The notes beneath the pieces were generated by a model. The model was given only the letters and a program-made list of their open reading frames with translations, ran no database searches and had not been told where the DNA came from. DNA of 64,000 nt, from positions 176,700,001 through 176,764,000 of the forward strand of contig OX597815.1 in the NCBI GenBank assembly GCA_951406725.2, written 5' to 3'. Position 1 is the stretch's first letter. Each line of letters starts with the position of its first letter. A program made the translations under genes and the position numbers. Below, one piece after another: positions 12,315 through 26,545 of this stretch. The stretch is from Octopus vulgaris. Taxonomy: Eukaryota.

Positions 12315-12419
12315 TTAATAATGATGATGATGATGATAATAATAATAATAATAATTATTATAATAATAATAATAATAATAATTATAATAATAATTTTAAT
12401 AATAATAATAATAATAATA

Positions 12420-12459
<40 letters not shown>

Positions 12460-12460
12460 T

Positions 12461-12503
<43 letters not shown>

Positions 12504-12986
12504 TGTTAAATGCGTATGAGTGTGTAGATGTTACGTAAAAGTTTGATTATTCCTCATTTGCGTTTGTTTATATATTGTCTCCAGCGGACTAATGTGTCTG
12601 GATAAATCAATTTCTGTCTGTGTGATTTCTGACCGTCAGTATTTAAGCATGTATATACGTGCGGGCGTTTCCTCTTGCATTGACATTAATCTAATAATAG
12701 ATGAATGCAAAAGGTGATAATACCGTAGTATTTAGATTACAGTATCACCTATTTATATTATCGTGATGTGTGACGTCAACGTTGTCAAGAAACTGCTCAA
12801 TGAGATCCGTAAACATCAACCCACGTTTTTAAAGCGAATGCAGCAGGAATTAAATTACTGCTCTGTTTGGAGCTCACATATGCCGAATAGTATTTGGTGG
12901 TATTACCGCTACTGCTACCACTACTAGTAGTAGTAGTAATACTAGTAGTAGTAATAGTAGCAGCAGCAGCAATAGTACTAGTAATA

Positions 12987-13109
<123 letters not shown>

Positions 13110-13555
13110 CTGTTGTTATTTCTTGCGTTCTATCGAAGAACGTCACTCGGCATTAAAGCATGATATTCCTTGTTTACATTTCCAGTAGTCATCCGGAAGT
13201 TGTCGAAGAACTTCAAGTGGCCGACTGCAGGAAAATCAACGACAAGGCTGGAATTCCAGTGGCAGCGGTATGACGTTCTTTGCGGAGGAAGCCTCGAAGA
13301 AAATGTTGATTAGAGGGCATCACACTACAGGTGACAAGAGGAAGATGGAAGAGTTTGTCGTTTAGATGTGAGGGCAGTTGCAAAGGGTTCGTCCAGATTG
13401 GAGGAGAGGATACCTCTACTGTAAACGAAAAATAATAGGTCTACCCGAAAAAGAAAAGCGCAAGTTTTTAGAGTGATATTTGGAGTGATTTGATGGTCGA
13501 GTGCAAGCCATTAAAATGGATGGCTTAACGAGGGATGAGGTCTAAAATGCATTAT
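13110..13555 (-). mobile_element. Degraded LINE 3' end (CR1/L2/Jockey-like)
   Basis: Minus strand has a WNSS..DFPA..L..F...NVNK-like C-terminus and a short UTR into (CTA)n; heavily decayed. Confidence 0.3.
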
Positions 13556-13569
13556 CATAGCGGTGGGTT

Positions 13570-13788
13570 TATTCTTTTGTACTCTAGGCACAAGGACCGA
13601 AATTTTGGGGGAGGGAGCCACTCGATTAGATCGACCCCCAGTATGCAACTGGTACTTAATTTATTGACCCCGAAAGGATGAAAAGCAAAGTCGACCTCTG
13701 CGGAATTTGAACTTAGACCGTAAAGACAGACGAAATACTGGCTAAGCATTTCGCCCAGCATGCTAACGTTTCTGCCAGCTCGCCGCCT
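13570..13788 (-). mobile_element. SINE, tail type B
   Basis: Full head ggcggcgagctggcagaaacgttagc to tail tgtgcctagagtacaaaagaata (head here reads ggcgagctggcagaaacg). Confidence 0.85.
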
Positions 13789-14029
13789 TACAGCGGTGTG
13801 TTTATTGTGCCTTAATGTTCAGAAAAGCTTAAATCTATCTCTAGTAGTAGTAGTAGTAGCAGCAACACCAAACGACTTCTCAGGACAAAAATAAACCGTT
13901 GTTGCAGATGTTTTTCTTGTTGTTGTTAACTTCAATTTCCAAACCCTTCAGCATTCGGATTACTCCGTCGGATATAATAATTATCTGCTCACATTATTTT
14001 AATTTAATCTTGCGTTATTATTTCGACGC

Positions 14030-14240
14030 TAAAGGCAGAATCATTAGCGCGCTGGGCAAAATTATCAGCGGCATTTCGTCTGTCTTAAAGAGGTTCTGAG
14101 TTCAAATTGCACTGAGGTCGACTTCGCCTTTCATCCTTTCGGGGTCGATGAAATAAGTACCAGTTACGTACTGGGGTCAATATAATCGACTAGTCCCTTT
14201 CCCACCAAATTTTCATGGCTTTGTGCTTAGAGTAGACATA
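14030..14240 (+). mobile_element. SINE, tail type B
   Basis: ggcagaatcattagcgcgctgggc..gagttcaaat..ccttcggggtcgat-type core and tail. Confidence 0.8.
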
Positions 14241-14771
14241 ATTATTATCTTTTCGCTATGAGATTTCGATGATATAATATTTTATTTTTAGAATGACATT
14301 GTAAGGTAGGTGTTAGAGACCTGACTGGACAGTTTAAATATAAAACAGGTAGAACATTAGGGCTAGATAAGGCCGGATTAAATGCAAATGGGTTAACCCT
14401 TTATGCAACCGGTAGGTATTTGTACAAAACATAAGTGTTTTTGTATACGAAAGTGTCTTCAGTGACTCTTCAAAGATTCAAGTGTAAACCATAACGGAAG
14501 CAACCAGGAAGTTTGAGAATAAATTCCTTTTACGTTCCAACCTTTTCCTATACACTTGCAAATCTTAGAAGAACTCGAAGAATGGCACCAGCCAACTCTA
14601 AATATTTTTCTTCTTCATTTCTTGTGGTGGTGAGAGTAAGCCAACAGAAACTTTGTGCCATGTTTGTCTCGGTGTTTTCGTGTGAATATTCCTATATATT
14701 CTATAATGTGATTGGAAGGGATTCTTCGATCTGTAGTACTAGTAGTAGTAGTAGTAGTATTAGCATTTTTA

Positions 14772-14900
14772 CTAGCTGACTAGACTGGAGCAACGGAAAA
14801 TATAGTGTCTTTCTCAAGGATAAGACGCACTGCCGGGAATCGAACTCAAGACCTTACGATCGTTAGCCGAATGCTCTAACCACTAAACCACGCGCCTACT
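14772..14900 (-). mobile_element. tRNA-derived SINE of a second family (partial)
   Basis: Minus strand ggcgcgtggtttagtggttagagcattcggc..gtgagttcgattccc-type A and B boxes followed by tccttgagaaagacac. Confidence 0.6.
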
Positions 14901-15564
14901 CAATATGTATACCAAGTTTAAATTACAGACAGGTTTATACGCTTTGCATTTCTTTTCTGAGGAATTACCGAGGTGTTGCAGATTAGTCGTAGAGATTTTA
15001 TTTCTAAGTGTTATATTATAATAATACAAGCCGACAACTTTCACAGCTTGCCGTTTTCTGGTAAGATAGGAAAGTCACTGACTTCGTAAATTTGGGGGCG
15101 ATTCCTGTATATATAGGGAAATTGTATTGCTGCATCTATTGAATAATGGGAGGATAGGGTATGGCATCATTCGTTATATATCTTGTTAGGGTTGGATATT
15201 TTGGAGTCTGTCCTGCGTAATCAAGTCAAATTCTCAATTAACAAAAATTGCAGACGGATTTGGTCAAGAAATTATAGGAACGTGATTTACGTCACTAATA
15301 TAAAAACCAGAAAAATATAGAAACAAATTACCTTATAGCTTAAATATAATTAATTATATATAATTATATATAATTAAGGATTTCCTGATATTATGATATT
15401 TTAGTTTCCGTTGTTTTATTTATATCTGTGTGCTTTCACTACACAGCGTCCATTGGGTGAGTGTTTCGGCTATATTTCACACATTGTGACTGAGCATCAT
15501 TATTTAGTGAAAAGTAATTTTAACTTTTGCATGGGAGATTATTATGATTAAGACCTAGAATATA

Positions 15565-16169
15565 TTTTCTACTCTAGGCACAAGGCCCGAAATTTTGGGG
15601 GAGAGAGCCAGTCAATTAGATCGATCCCAGTACCCAACTGCTTCTTAATTTATCAACTACCCCAAAAGGATGAAAAGCAAAGTCGACCATGGCGGAATTT
15701 GAACTCAGAACATAAAGACAGACAAAATACCTATTTCTTTACTAGCCACAAGGGGCTAAACACAGAGGGGACAAACAAACAAGGACTGACAAACGGATTA
15801 AGTCGATTACATCAACCCCAGTGCGTAACTGGTACTTATTTAATCGACCCCAGTGCGTAACTAGCACTTATTTAATCGACCCCGAAAGAATGAAAGGCAA
15901 AGTCGACCTCGGCGGAAGTTGAACTTAGAAGGTAGCGGCAGACGAAATACCTATTTCTTTAATACCCACAGGGGGCTAAACACAGAGGGGACAAACAAGG
16001 ACAGATAAACGGATTAACTGTGCGTAACTGGTACTTAATTTATCGACCCCGAAAAGATGAAAGGCAAAGTCGACCTCGGTGGAATTTGAACTCAGAACGT
16101 AACGGCAGACGACATACCGCTAAGCATTTCGCCCGGTGTGCTAACGCTTCTGCCAGCTCCTCGCCGCCT
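15565..16169 (-). mobile_element. Tandem SINE trimer (full tail A + headless tail A + headless tail B)
   Basis: Two junctions cagac(g/a)aaatacc|tatttcttt at ~15731 and ~15951; short internal duplication at ~15810-15880. Confidence 0.85.
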
Positions 16170-17061
16170 TGAGCCCTAGAATATCTCTTAAAGAACGTAT
16201 GTAGACTGTATCGGTTATCAAGTCCTACATTTAAGAAATGACTGATTCTATTTCATCATAGTTAAATATTTCGAGATCTTCTTTCGAAAGCTGTGTTGCC
16301 TACTGCGGCTGAAACATCAAGTGGCAGGTATTTCCTTTCTTGATGATTCCTGACGAAGTGATGTGGTTAATCTTCTTAATCATCCTGTTATTGGGAATGC
16401 GATACATCGTTAAAATATAGAACAGTATCACTAATAGTTATTTTTGTTTTGTTGTTGTTGTTGTTGTTGTTGTTCTTCTTCTTCTTCTTCTTCTTCTTCT
16501 TCTTCTTCTTCTTCTTCTTCTTCTTCTCCTTCTTCTTTCTTCTTCTTCTTCTTCTTCTTCTTCTTCTTCTTCTTCTTCTTCTTCTTCTTCTTCTTCTTCT
16601 TTCTGTTCGTGTTCTACATGTTTTTTCTTCTTTTTCTCTTTCTGCGTTGACTCTCTTTCTTCAATCGAATGGTGAACGAAAATTCGCTACTTTCTCAAAG
16701 TGTAAGCCGAAAAAATCTACACCACCCCTATCGCGACGAACAACCATAGCAGCAGTAGCAGCAGCAGCAGCAGCAACCTGTCATATTCAACCATAATAGG
16801 TCGTCGAGTCGATCACAAGAACTTCGACAACCACAACAAAAGCCGTCCGTCTTGTAAAAGCAGAGAGACAGCAACTTTGAGAGGATTGCTATCACCGCCA
16901 ACCGCGCTACCACCGCCGCCGTCGCTGCTGCAAGAGTTATGAGTGACGGCAGCAAAACTCATGACGAAAAGAGAAACAACAAACCAAGTGAAGAGGTACG
17001 TGACAAGAAGAAAGCAACACCATCGCCACCACCAACGCTACTACTGTTGCCAACACAATCT

Positions 17062-17137
<76 letters not shown>

Positions 17138-17289
17138 CAAAGTGACAGTCCAAAGCAATAGGGTTGCCAACGTTTCAAAGGCGAAATCCTTCACAAAAGT
17201 GGCAACATAAATGGAATACATGTTCCTATAGCGGAAAAGCGAACCTATTTTAAAGATGCTGAAAAGCTTAAAAAACTGCTGTCAAGAAG

Positions 17290-18330
17290 TATTTTAAGGG
17301 TACCCAGATAATTCTAGTGGATACAGGATTTCAGACAAACTGCTAAGTATAAATGTATCTAAATGGACATGCAACGTGTATAAATGGCCACTCACTCCGA
17401 AATGGAAAGGTGTTTGTGCGGAGTATGAGTGAACATAGATTTTATGATCGGGTCCCGGAAAAGCGGGGCCGTCAATATGCAATCCCTTAACAGAAACTTG
17501 GTGTAAAACACTAAATTGTTTCCTGTAGGGTTAAGGAATTTGCATTGTCTCCCATCTATCTAGGAGGATGCATAATGATGAAAATATCCGGTGTGTCATC
17601 ACAGTTGGATATCTGGTGGAGTCGAGTGTCTGTCTTCTCAATTTGCACCTGAACATGGCCTTAATTAGAACAGAATGTGTGAATGCACCTGACATGGGGC
17701 CAACCTAGAAGTAATGTTATTTGCACGTCTTTAGGGAGAACAGAGTATCTGGAGCACGAGCTTTCGTGTCCACCTTTGATGGATACGTGGCGTACGCATG
17801 ACCAAGTCGATACGGACCGCGAGGCGGAATCGCTATGCTTCGGAATCGTTTGGATTTTGCAATTCGAAATAACGTTTTGGCCCCAGAGTCGGTGTGGTGA
17901 AAAATGTGACCAGCAGTGAAAGCCATTTCTCTTGATTAGAAGCTGTCTACGCACCAACAGGCACGAAGTCGCTAGATATCTTTTAGGCATCATGGGACTT
18001 TCCTAGAAAGGACCCATTATTTAGTGATACGTTTATATGGAGTTTTTGATGTACAAACTGTAGTATGGATCTATCTAGACAATAAGGAATTTTGCAAAGG
18101 GTTCACACAGCAGCCCAGATGTTTCCGACTGAATTTCTGGAATGTGCAACGTTAACATTGATCAACCGCATCAAGTATTCAAAATCACCTACAAAAGAGT
18201 ATTTTGAAGGTCAGGAAAGGAAGACTGTATATAAGTCCACCGTTTATAGTCCTCGGCTGCACCAACAAGCACGAAGTCCTTGGTTGCGGAAACCACAAAT
18301 ATGTGATCAGTGCGGTGGGTGTTTATAAGC
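17290..18330 (-). mobile_element. Decayed Ty3/Gypsy pol fragment
   Basis: Minus-strand order RT-like DHIFVVSAT, RNaseH-like HRLWGQ..ASRSVSTW, linker VLPKDVQITLLLGWP, integrase-like GLHIDGPAF; many stops. Confidence 0.5.
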
Positions 18331-19136
18331 TTTTTATGCAGTGCCTAATTTATTGGAAGCTGTGTGAGAACGGTTTAGCGAATTCGTTAAGTGGGAGATG
18401 AGGGGTGCAAATGTCAGGAGAATAGAGCCAATAATATTTACCGAAGGAACAGCTAAAAACTAAATTCCAAAGAAGTGAAAATGCTTAAGAAGGAATTATT
18501 GTCCAGGCAAACGCAATTTAGAAAACAGAATGGAATCTCTTTATTTCCATCGTATATCTGTATACAATGATTCATATGCAAACGGCTTAGAAATGCAACA
18601 TTAATGGTCACGTGATTAACGATATATTACAATTAAGCATTTCAATCTTCATACTTCTATGTTGTTATTTAAATTACCTAGTTTACCTTAACAGATTTAG
18701 ATCAAATATGGTAGTGGTGTACTAAGGAGGAAATAAATTTGTATGAGTGGTTCAGAAAAAACCCCCAAAAATATCGTTACAAAAGCCAGGAACACTTGCC
18801 AGTTTGTGTCCCTTATATCGAAACGTTAGGAATATTCGCAGTAAAGTAAATTTTCTTTTAACTCTGATAACATGTATTTTCTCAGCGGAATAACGCTTAA
18901 CAAATGCACCGAAAAGAACTCATGTCTTGCAATAGAGCCCATGGTCCATTCTTTAATAAGAGACCACTATAAGCGTGCGATTATTTTACTGATAATTATG
19001 TTAGAGATTATGGAAATGGCTTTATGAAATGTATTTCTTTAGATAGGTGGTGTACTGTTGTGCACTTTTCCATGTGACATATTGCTGTCTGGAAATGGTG
19101 GGCCACCCCTTATCGGAATATTGTTTAATAATATAT

Positions 19137-19355
19137 ATTTCTTTATTGCTAAACATAGAGGGGAAAAACAAGGACAGACAAAGGGATTAAGTCGATTATA
19201 TCGACCCCAGTGCCTAACTGGTACTTAATTAATCGACCCAAAAAAGATGAAAGGCAAAGTCGACCTCGGCGGAATTTGAACTCAGAACGTAGCGGCAGAC
19301 GAAATACCACAAAGCATTTCGTCCGGCGCGCTAACGTGTCTGCCAGCTCGCCGCC
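19137..19355 (-). mobile_element. SINE, tail type A (tail partly deleted)
   Basis: Close match to the other copies. Confidence 0.85.
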
Positions 19356-22104
19356 GATATCGTTTAATATTATACTCACAGTAAGTTGCTGACTTAAACG
19401 GTGTCAACACTGAAGGAAACAATATCAAACGCAGCCTCAGGGGGCCTTAATCTTACATCCCGAAGGGAGATAACTAATAACTTAGATGAATTACGTTGTT
19501 TCTGGCATTTAATTCGTGTCAGCGTTTTCTTGTGATTGAAATATGAACAATGACATGAATTCAAAGCGTAATGAAGTAAGCAGTGGTTTTGCTTCTCACC
19601 CGAAACTGAAAAATAGCTGACTTTCGTTTATTCATTAACAGTTTACATATTTTCACGTAATATATTAAAGCCCTTCGTCATCATGAGAATATGAGAACTT
19701 TTTTGTAGATACAAATATCTGCTATGCAATATTTACTCTAATTTACAAATATTCCCCTTTTTCTTCATATTCTGTAAATTACAAAATATTTCTTTTGTTT
19801 CTATGTTTCTTCTGAATAAATATTCTAATATTTGTATTGCCGGCAATCCTAACATTCCTCTGCCGAACCGGGTTCCTTACTTACTAGCCAAATGTATCTG
19901 ATTGCATACCTCTTCTGACAACTTAATACTTCAGTCTAAACATTTTTTTCTACACCAGCAATTAACGAACCCCTCAACAATATGTAAACGTGATATTATG
20001 TTTACTAAAGCAAAAGAGCTTTAGAAAATGAACATATTTGTTTAGACATCATAGAAAATTTTTTAAATACGTTCTCGCAATCAGCTCATGGTTTCGGCTC
20101 CGATGTCAAATTCACGTGATTTGTTTCAGCTGTACGTTTCTCGCATTAAGTAGGTGTAAGTCTCGTAAAGTATGTAGTGTATTTCTAACAGAAACAGTGA
20201 AGTTCTAATGAAGTGAGACACAATCTATGCAGCCCATTCAAGATAAAGCTTTATTATCTCTTGTTTATGTTTTGATGATCACTATTGAACCTTTGTAAGG
20301 TAAGAGTTTCTTCGGTGGAGAAACTTGAATATTTGCTTTCCGACGATATTGTCGTGTATAATTATGAACGTATATTTCGGATTAAGCCTGACAACAGAAT
20401 AGAAGACAATGATATGATCGGAAAAGTAAAGAGAAGTTTTACCGTGAGAAAAATACTAATGTAATTTAGAATTCGTAAAAATGGGCTAAATATATGCCTT
20501 CTGGTATTTTCGTTTGATTTTAATGTTATGCTTGTTTCTCATGCTGAGCCAGTTTTAAAATGTCTACCTAAACAACGCAGTTTACTCCAAGCGTCAGGAG
20601 CATATTATCAACATTCCTACTCTTGTTTTAGACAGGGAATCTTATGTCTTTACTCCTATGATAGAAATATGTACCACATGAATAAATCTGCAATGGAAGG
20701 ATCATGTTACACTTGCATAAATGTTCAAGATATTTAGCAACTCCATATTTTTAGTGTTTGTGTTTGACATACTCCTACAATTTAATCTGTTAAGTTACGT
20801 TTGCAAAAGTACTTAAGAAAACCTCATTGCAATCCACAGCTCTCAATGCGAAAATAAAGAGGGCCGAGCAAAAGACACCTATAGAAAATGTAACATAGAT
20901 CATCATAAATGATAATTCTGTTATGAAAGCATCCAAAGATGGCTTGTGGTGTCTTAGGAGAGTCATTAAACCGATAATAATAAAGCGCGCACTGGTTCAA
21001 TAATATGCCCAATCGTTAGTCCATTGGTTAAATATCTAACCAACTAATTAATCAACCGTTGGTTTAATGTTCAGTCAACAATCAGTCAACCAGTTGATTG
21101 TTAGTCCAAGTTATTTTGCTTCTATTCGTGTGTTGGAACATAAGAATTCACATAAAAATATCTTACGAACCAAATACCGAAACGAATAATCCAAAGATAT
21201 TTCCGTGCAGAAAGAGAAAGTTTATACCTAAAAACCTAGATCTGAAAATGAAATTAAATGACTGTACTATTTGAAACTGGAAATGTTTTTTTGTAGTCCT
21301 GATACATATTTCTCTATGCCCTGATATCTGGTTGTGTATGTGTGAGGTTCAATCTCATTTTGGGCACATTTTATACAAGCTCTGAATCATATATATTCTA
21401 CAAGCAGAAAAATGGGTAAGACATATGTGTTCTAAACTATAGTGTTCATAACTATTTCTCTCATAGACAGCCTTAATTTTTGCTAATGAAATATGTTGCT
21501 AGACTTGCAAAAAGCTAAACTAAAGTTATTCTCTAAAGGAAATGAAAAAAAAATATAAAAGATTGTGCATGACGGGAATAGATACAAAAATATGAAATAT
21601 GAATAACAAGAAGGCGTGTTTGAGTTTAAATAAATACACTTTCCGTTCTTCCTTGTACTTATAAAGATTTTTCTTTTTTTCTGTCTGTATTGACGAAGAA
21701 AAATTTCCGAAGCGTCACATATTTTAACTTTCATTTATAACTTAATACATTAAACGGATATACTTTCTTTTGATGCATTCCTCATAATTTGTCTTCTGGT
21801 CTCACTCTTTTGTCGCAAAAGGCAATATTTAGTGGAGTGTTAATGTCTTGTAGTCTAAAAAAATCTTTTTAAAGAAAGCAAAATTCAACGATGATATATG
21901 TTATGACGTTACTTGATATGAAAGTAGAAATGAAAAATAAAAATATAGATTTATAGTGATTAAATATTGATAACCAAATATTCGAGTTGCTTATGTTCAA
22001 ATTGCTGGGTTTGTTCTGTATCTGTGACTGATTCTAAAATAGTACATAATATTCTTTTAACGCATTCAAAGCAGCAGACATTATGTTGGGAAGAGTACAA
22101 CGTG

Positions 22105-22278
<174 letters not shown>

Positions 22279-22599
22279 TTCTCCCTTTCTCTCTGTATAT
22301 ATATAGACAAATAGATGTGTAAATAAATACATGAATACCGACATACTTCCCTACTCATATACATATGTAGACGTAGTATACATACATACATATATACGTG
22401 TATGCACGTGTGTATTGTGTGTCGTATGTGTGTGTATGTATGTGTGTGTGTGTTTGTATTTCTGAGAACTTGTATTTAAATATAAAACTAGAATTCCATT
22501 TTGGAAAATTACAATATATACATGAAAAGAATTTAAATCTTCTATAAATATATATCTACTTTCAAAAGTAGTAATAGCAAAATACTCTGTACCAAATTA

Positions 22600-23210
22600 A
22601 AAATATCATGTTGGAAATCTTTTCCTTGATACTCGTGATAGGAATAACTGAAAATTATGCCCATTTTATGGCACGCACGCCTCTTCATCATTAGGCAAAA
22701 CGGTTCACTTTAGAATCATCATTATCATTAGAATACAATGCTTCAAGTATCAGATGAATCTGACGTACACGAATTTCGTTGTGTCTCATTTACAAAGCTT
22801 AGAAGAAGAAGACGATAACAAGGAGCTAGATACGTGGTTTGTTATGCATTAGATAGATTCGTGACGTAAAACAGATATTTGTTTAAGACAAAAGCTACTA
22901 TTTTCCGAACTATTTAGTGTAGTAAAATAACGAAAACATAAAGGAAATAGAAAATAATAGATATTTGGAAGCTAAATGCAAACCTCAGCTTGATATATCT
23001 CGACACGTTATATCTAATGAATAAACTGCTACAAATGCTGATCGGGAGAGAAGTATTCTGTAGCAGAAAAACAAGCTTGTTATCTATATTGTTGAATATG
23101 TCACTTGATATAATTCAGAGGGGATTTGCTTTCTGAAGTTAGAAATGATTTTAATGTGGACACTATGAACTTCAATCGACTTCAAACAAATGTATCGAAA
23201 GATGGACCAA
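22600..23210 (+). mobile_element. Possible hAT (Buster/Charlie-like) transposase relic
   Basis: Weak remnants ELDTWFV.., ATNADRERSI, SLDIIQRG resemble the hAT RW motif and C-terminal dimerisation region. Confidence 0.25.
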
Positions 23211-24258
23211 AATATATTGGAAATTGAGATTCAGTGAGTGCTGAAAAACATTACAAGTAAATCAACGGCAATATAGCAATGTGCTGATGTTGGTAAACTA
23301 AAATCGAAATCTTTCGGAGACAAATTTTCTTGTTTTTCTTTAGTATTAATCTTAATTTTATCACGAAAAACGCTAAGAGATTTCTTTAGTCGAATATTGG
23401 AAATATTTATATTTCATTGTATTTTATATCACATATAATGAAAAAAAGCTGTATTATAGGTTTACAGTGGGTTAACCAATACTTTGTTATATATATGCCC
23501 GCTGCAATGTAACGTAAATATACCTCCGAGGGGGCAGAAAAATGTTCCATGCAAAATGGAATCGGTCTTTCGTAATCGGTCATTCGAAGTCAATCATTCT
23601 GCTGGTTTCTCGTACAGAGTTATTTATTCTTGTACAACCAAATCTCCGCAAGCACAAGAAGCCAGGTTGATAGAAATACAAGTTTATTCAATTATATTCA
23701 AAACTTTCGTCTGCATTCAAGCGTAGAAGAGATGAGGAAGAGCAAGGCACACTAAGTTCTGACGTCATTCATATCACAGCGCTTTCACAAATATTGTTTA
23801 TAGGGGAAATTCTTCCTCAGAGTCAGTTTCCGCAGCGGAAGGTCTTACCCATCCAAGTGTACACGAATGATTTAGTATAATTGTACACGTCAACATTTCA
23901 CTACACGCTCTAATTAATTGACAAGCATTGATGCGTCCCGGCAAATTATATTTTGCTGTTAAAATTATATGAACGGGTGTTCTTCGATGGTGATGAACAA
24001 TGGAGTCAGTGTGTGAAAGATGAGGCATAATGACGGACAGAAGCGCAAGTATACCACAGTCCGGGGGAAGCCATTCGTTGCCAAGATTATATAATGACTT
24101 ATATATGACCTCTGTGTTTGGATACATGTCGGCTTTCATGAGGACTATTACTGAACATAGAACTTGTCTCTTTCAAATTACTACTCTAATCAGTCAATAA
24201 ATTGAGCCCTACGTTGTTGTTTCTTGAAAAGAGTTCACCTCTATAATTTCTCATTACC

Positions 24259-24316
<58 letters not shown>

Positions 24317-24348
24317 GAGATGTGGAACACGAGTTGTGATATATAAAA

Positions 24349-24638
24349 AAAGGAAATGAAGAAAATGCTGACAAAATAATTTAAGTAAGGGAGAGTGTAT
24401 TTAATTAGGTGAAAGTTCTTTTTACCGGTTGCGCATTTGTTATGCTTATCAAAAGATATTTTTTTAAGAGAGATAGAGTTCCTTTCTGGAGAAAAAAATC
24501 TATCAGAAAGGAACTCTATCTCTCTTAAAAAATATCTTTTGATAAGCATAACAAATGCGCAACCGGTAAAAAGAACTTTCACCTAATTAAATACACTCTC
24601 CCTTACTTAAATTATTTTGTCAGCATTTTCTTCATTTC

Positions 24639-24642
<4 letters not shown>
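24349..24642. repeat. Near-perfect inverted repeat: ~140-bp arms and 15-nt spacer, embedded in (TA)n
   Basis: Left arm 24349-24488 is the reverse complement of 24504-24642 apart from one T/A-run indel. Confidence 0.97.
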
Positions 24643-24709
<67 letters not shown>

Positions 24710-24710
<1 letters not shown>

Positions 24711-25030
24711 TTATGGAGAAATTCTTTCGATTCAGGCCATATACCGAAACAGATCTTACCCGATCTGTCATCTCAGTTTCCAAAAAGAAAACATCGTTCG
24801 TAAAAGATCCCATCACCTTGAAATGATCTGTACAAATTTCTTGAAGGGGTACCAGATAAGCCACCTGTAACAGGGTACATTTCAGCTAACAACAACTGCC
24901 TATTTGAATGGGCCACGATACCACAAAACCTGACTCAAGTTGACTGATCAGATCTTAGTGGGTGATACTATGAGGTTAAACATGGCCTCGGCTCAGTCTT
25001 TGCCCGAAACATATACATGATCTATCTACC
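24710..25030 (-). mobile_element. Possible LINE AP-endonuclease relic
   Basis: Remnants QLLLAEM.. and VRSVSVYGLN..F resemble the RTE-type endonuclease 'ILLAE..IISAYAP' region. Confidence 0.25.
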
Positions 25031-25771
25031 TTCTGATGAAACCACACTTAGCCTGACTTGATCCTTGGTTACTAATTACATATTGCAGAAGAAAGAATGC
25101 TTCTATTATTTTGTTTTAAACAAGGAATTTATGAAAACGTAATAAAATTTTCTAAAATTCATCATATAAATCTATTGTTACAAACTGTCAATTAAATAAA
25201 TTTAAAAACAAATAGTCTCTATCTTTTGGATTTGCGATTTTTCAGCTATTTTTACTTCGTAATTTCTTTTATATTTACCATATTCTTTATTAACGTTTCT
25301 GTTTATAACCCCAATATTTCCTCAATTCTCCTCCACTTTTTTAACCTTCGATAAATACATTTAAATCTTACTGTTTCTGAAAAATTGTTGCATTCATTAT
25401 CGGAATCAATAAAATTTTAAGGTTGACGTCTTAACAATTTCTTTCTCTGCTCGTTCTGAATCAATCACATTCGCCGGTGGGAGCCGAAATTATTCGCTCT
25501 GGCAGCGATGGAGAAATACCAACCTCCACATCATTCCTAAGGATAGCTCTTACGTCTATAAAATTGGATATTTTTAAAGTTAATATCCAGTTTAACTGAT
25601 GATTTTCTGATGATTCTTTCCTGATATTTTTCCAGTTTTTAAATTTGAAATTGTATTTTGTCAATGGTTTAATGCTAAAATCCGTACCTGTTTGTCCAGA
25701 ATATAAATGTGAGTAACCCAGAATAGATTTTGTCATATGGATCAGGTGAGACTATTTTAACATCATTCATA

Positions 25772-26047
25772 CCTTTTATCTTTTACTTGTTTCAGTTGTT
25801 AGACTGCGGCCACGCTGGGGCACCGACTTGAAGAAGATTTAGTCGAATGAATCGAACACAGCAAATATTAATTCTAAACAAAAATTGTGGTACTTATTCT
25901 ATCGCTATGTGACGAGGACTGAAGCACAGCAATACCGGCTGCCAAGCGGTGGTGGGGGACAAACAGAGACAGAAAGACTCACACATACAGAGATACATGT
26001 GTATATGTATATAATACATACACACACATATATTATATATATATATA

Positions 26048-26102
<55 letters not shown>

Positions 26103-26233
26103 TATATACATATATATATATACATATATATATATACATACATATATATATATACATACATATATTTATATATATATATACATATGTGTGTGTGTGTGTG
26201 TGTATATATATGTGTATATACATATATATATAC

Positions 26234-26274
<41 letters not shown>

Positions 26275-26545
26275 TGTTAGAATTATTGGGGGTGATGTAC
26301 AGATTTAATACATATGAAAGAAAAAAGGTGTTTAGAATGTTCATCATTTTAAAAACCATCCAGCATTCTGAACAGCTTTTTTCTTTTATATATATATTTA
26401 TATAGTAATCGTCTATGAAATCCACTGACAAGTCTTTGTTCAGTCTGAGGTTATAGTAGAAGATGCGTACCGAAGGTGGCATCTCTCAGTGGAACTGAAC
26501 ACGGAACCACGTAATTCGGAAGGAAGCTTCTTACCACGTGCAGCA
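25772..26545 (-). mobile_element. Long tRNA-derived SINE of a third family, expanded by an internal (TA/CA)n tract
   Basis: tRNA-like head at ~26540 (gtggtaagaagcttc..ggttccgtgttcagttccact); tail gtgccccagcgtggccgcagtc..tgaaacaagtaaaagataaaag. Related copies at 30730-30950 (+), 43700-43990, 52545-52985, 62370-62525 and 63665-63910 (-). Confidence 0.7.

Noticed and set aside
16345-16390. CTGACGA motif
   Set aside because: No downstream GAAA or NUH site with pairing stems.
23798-24139. 113-aa minus-strand ORF as a gene
   Set aside because: No recognisable motif or consistent splice context.
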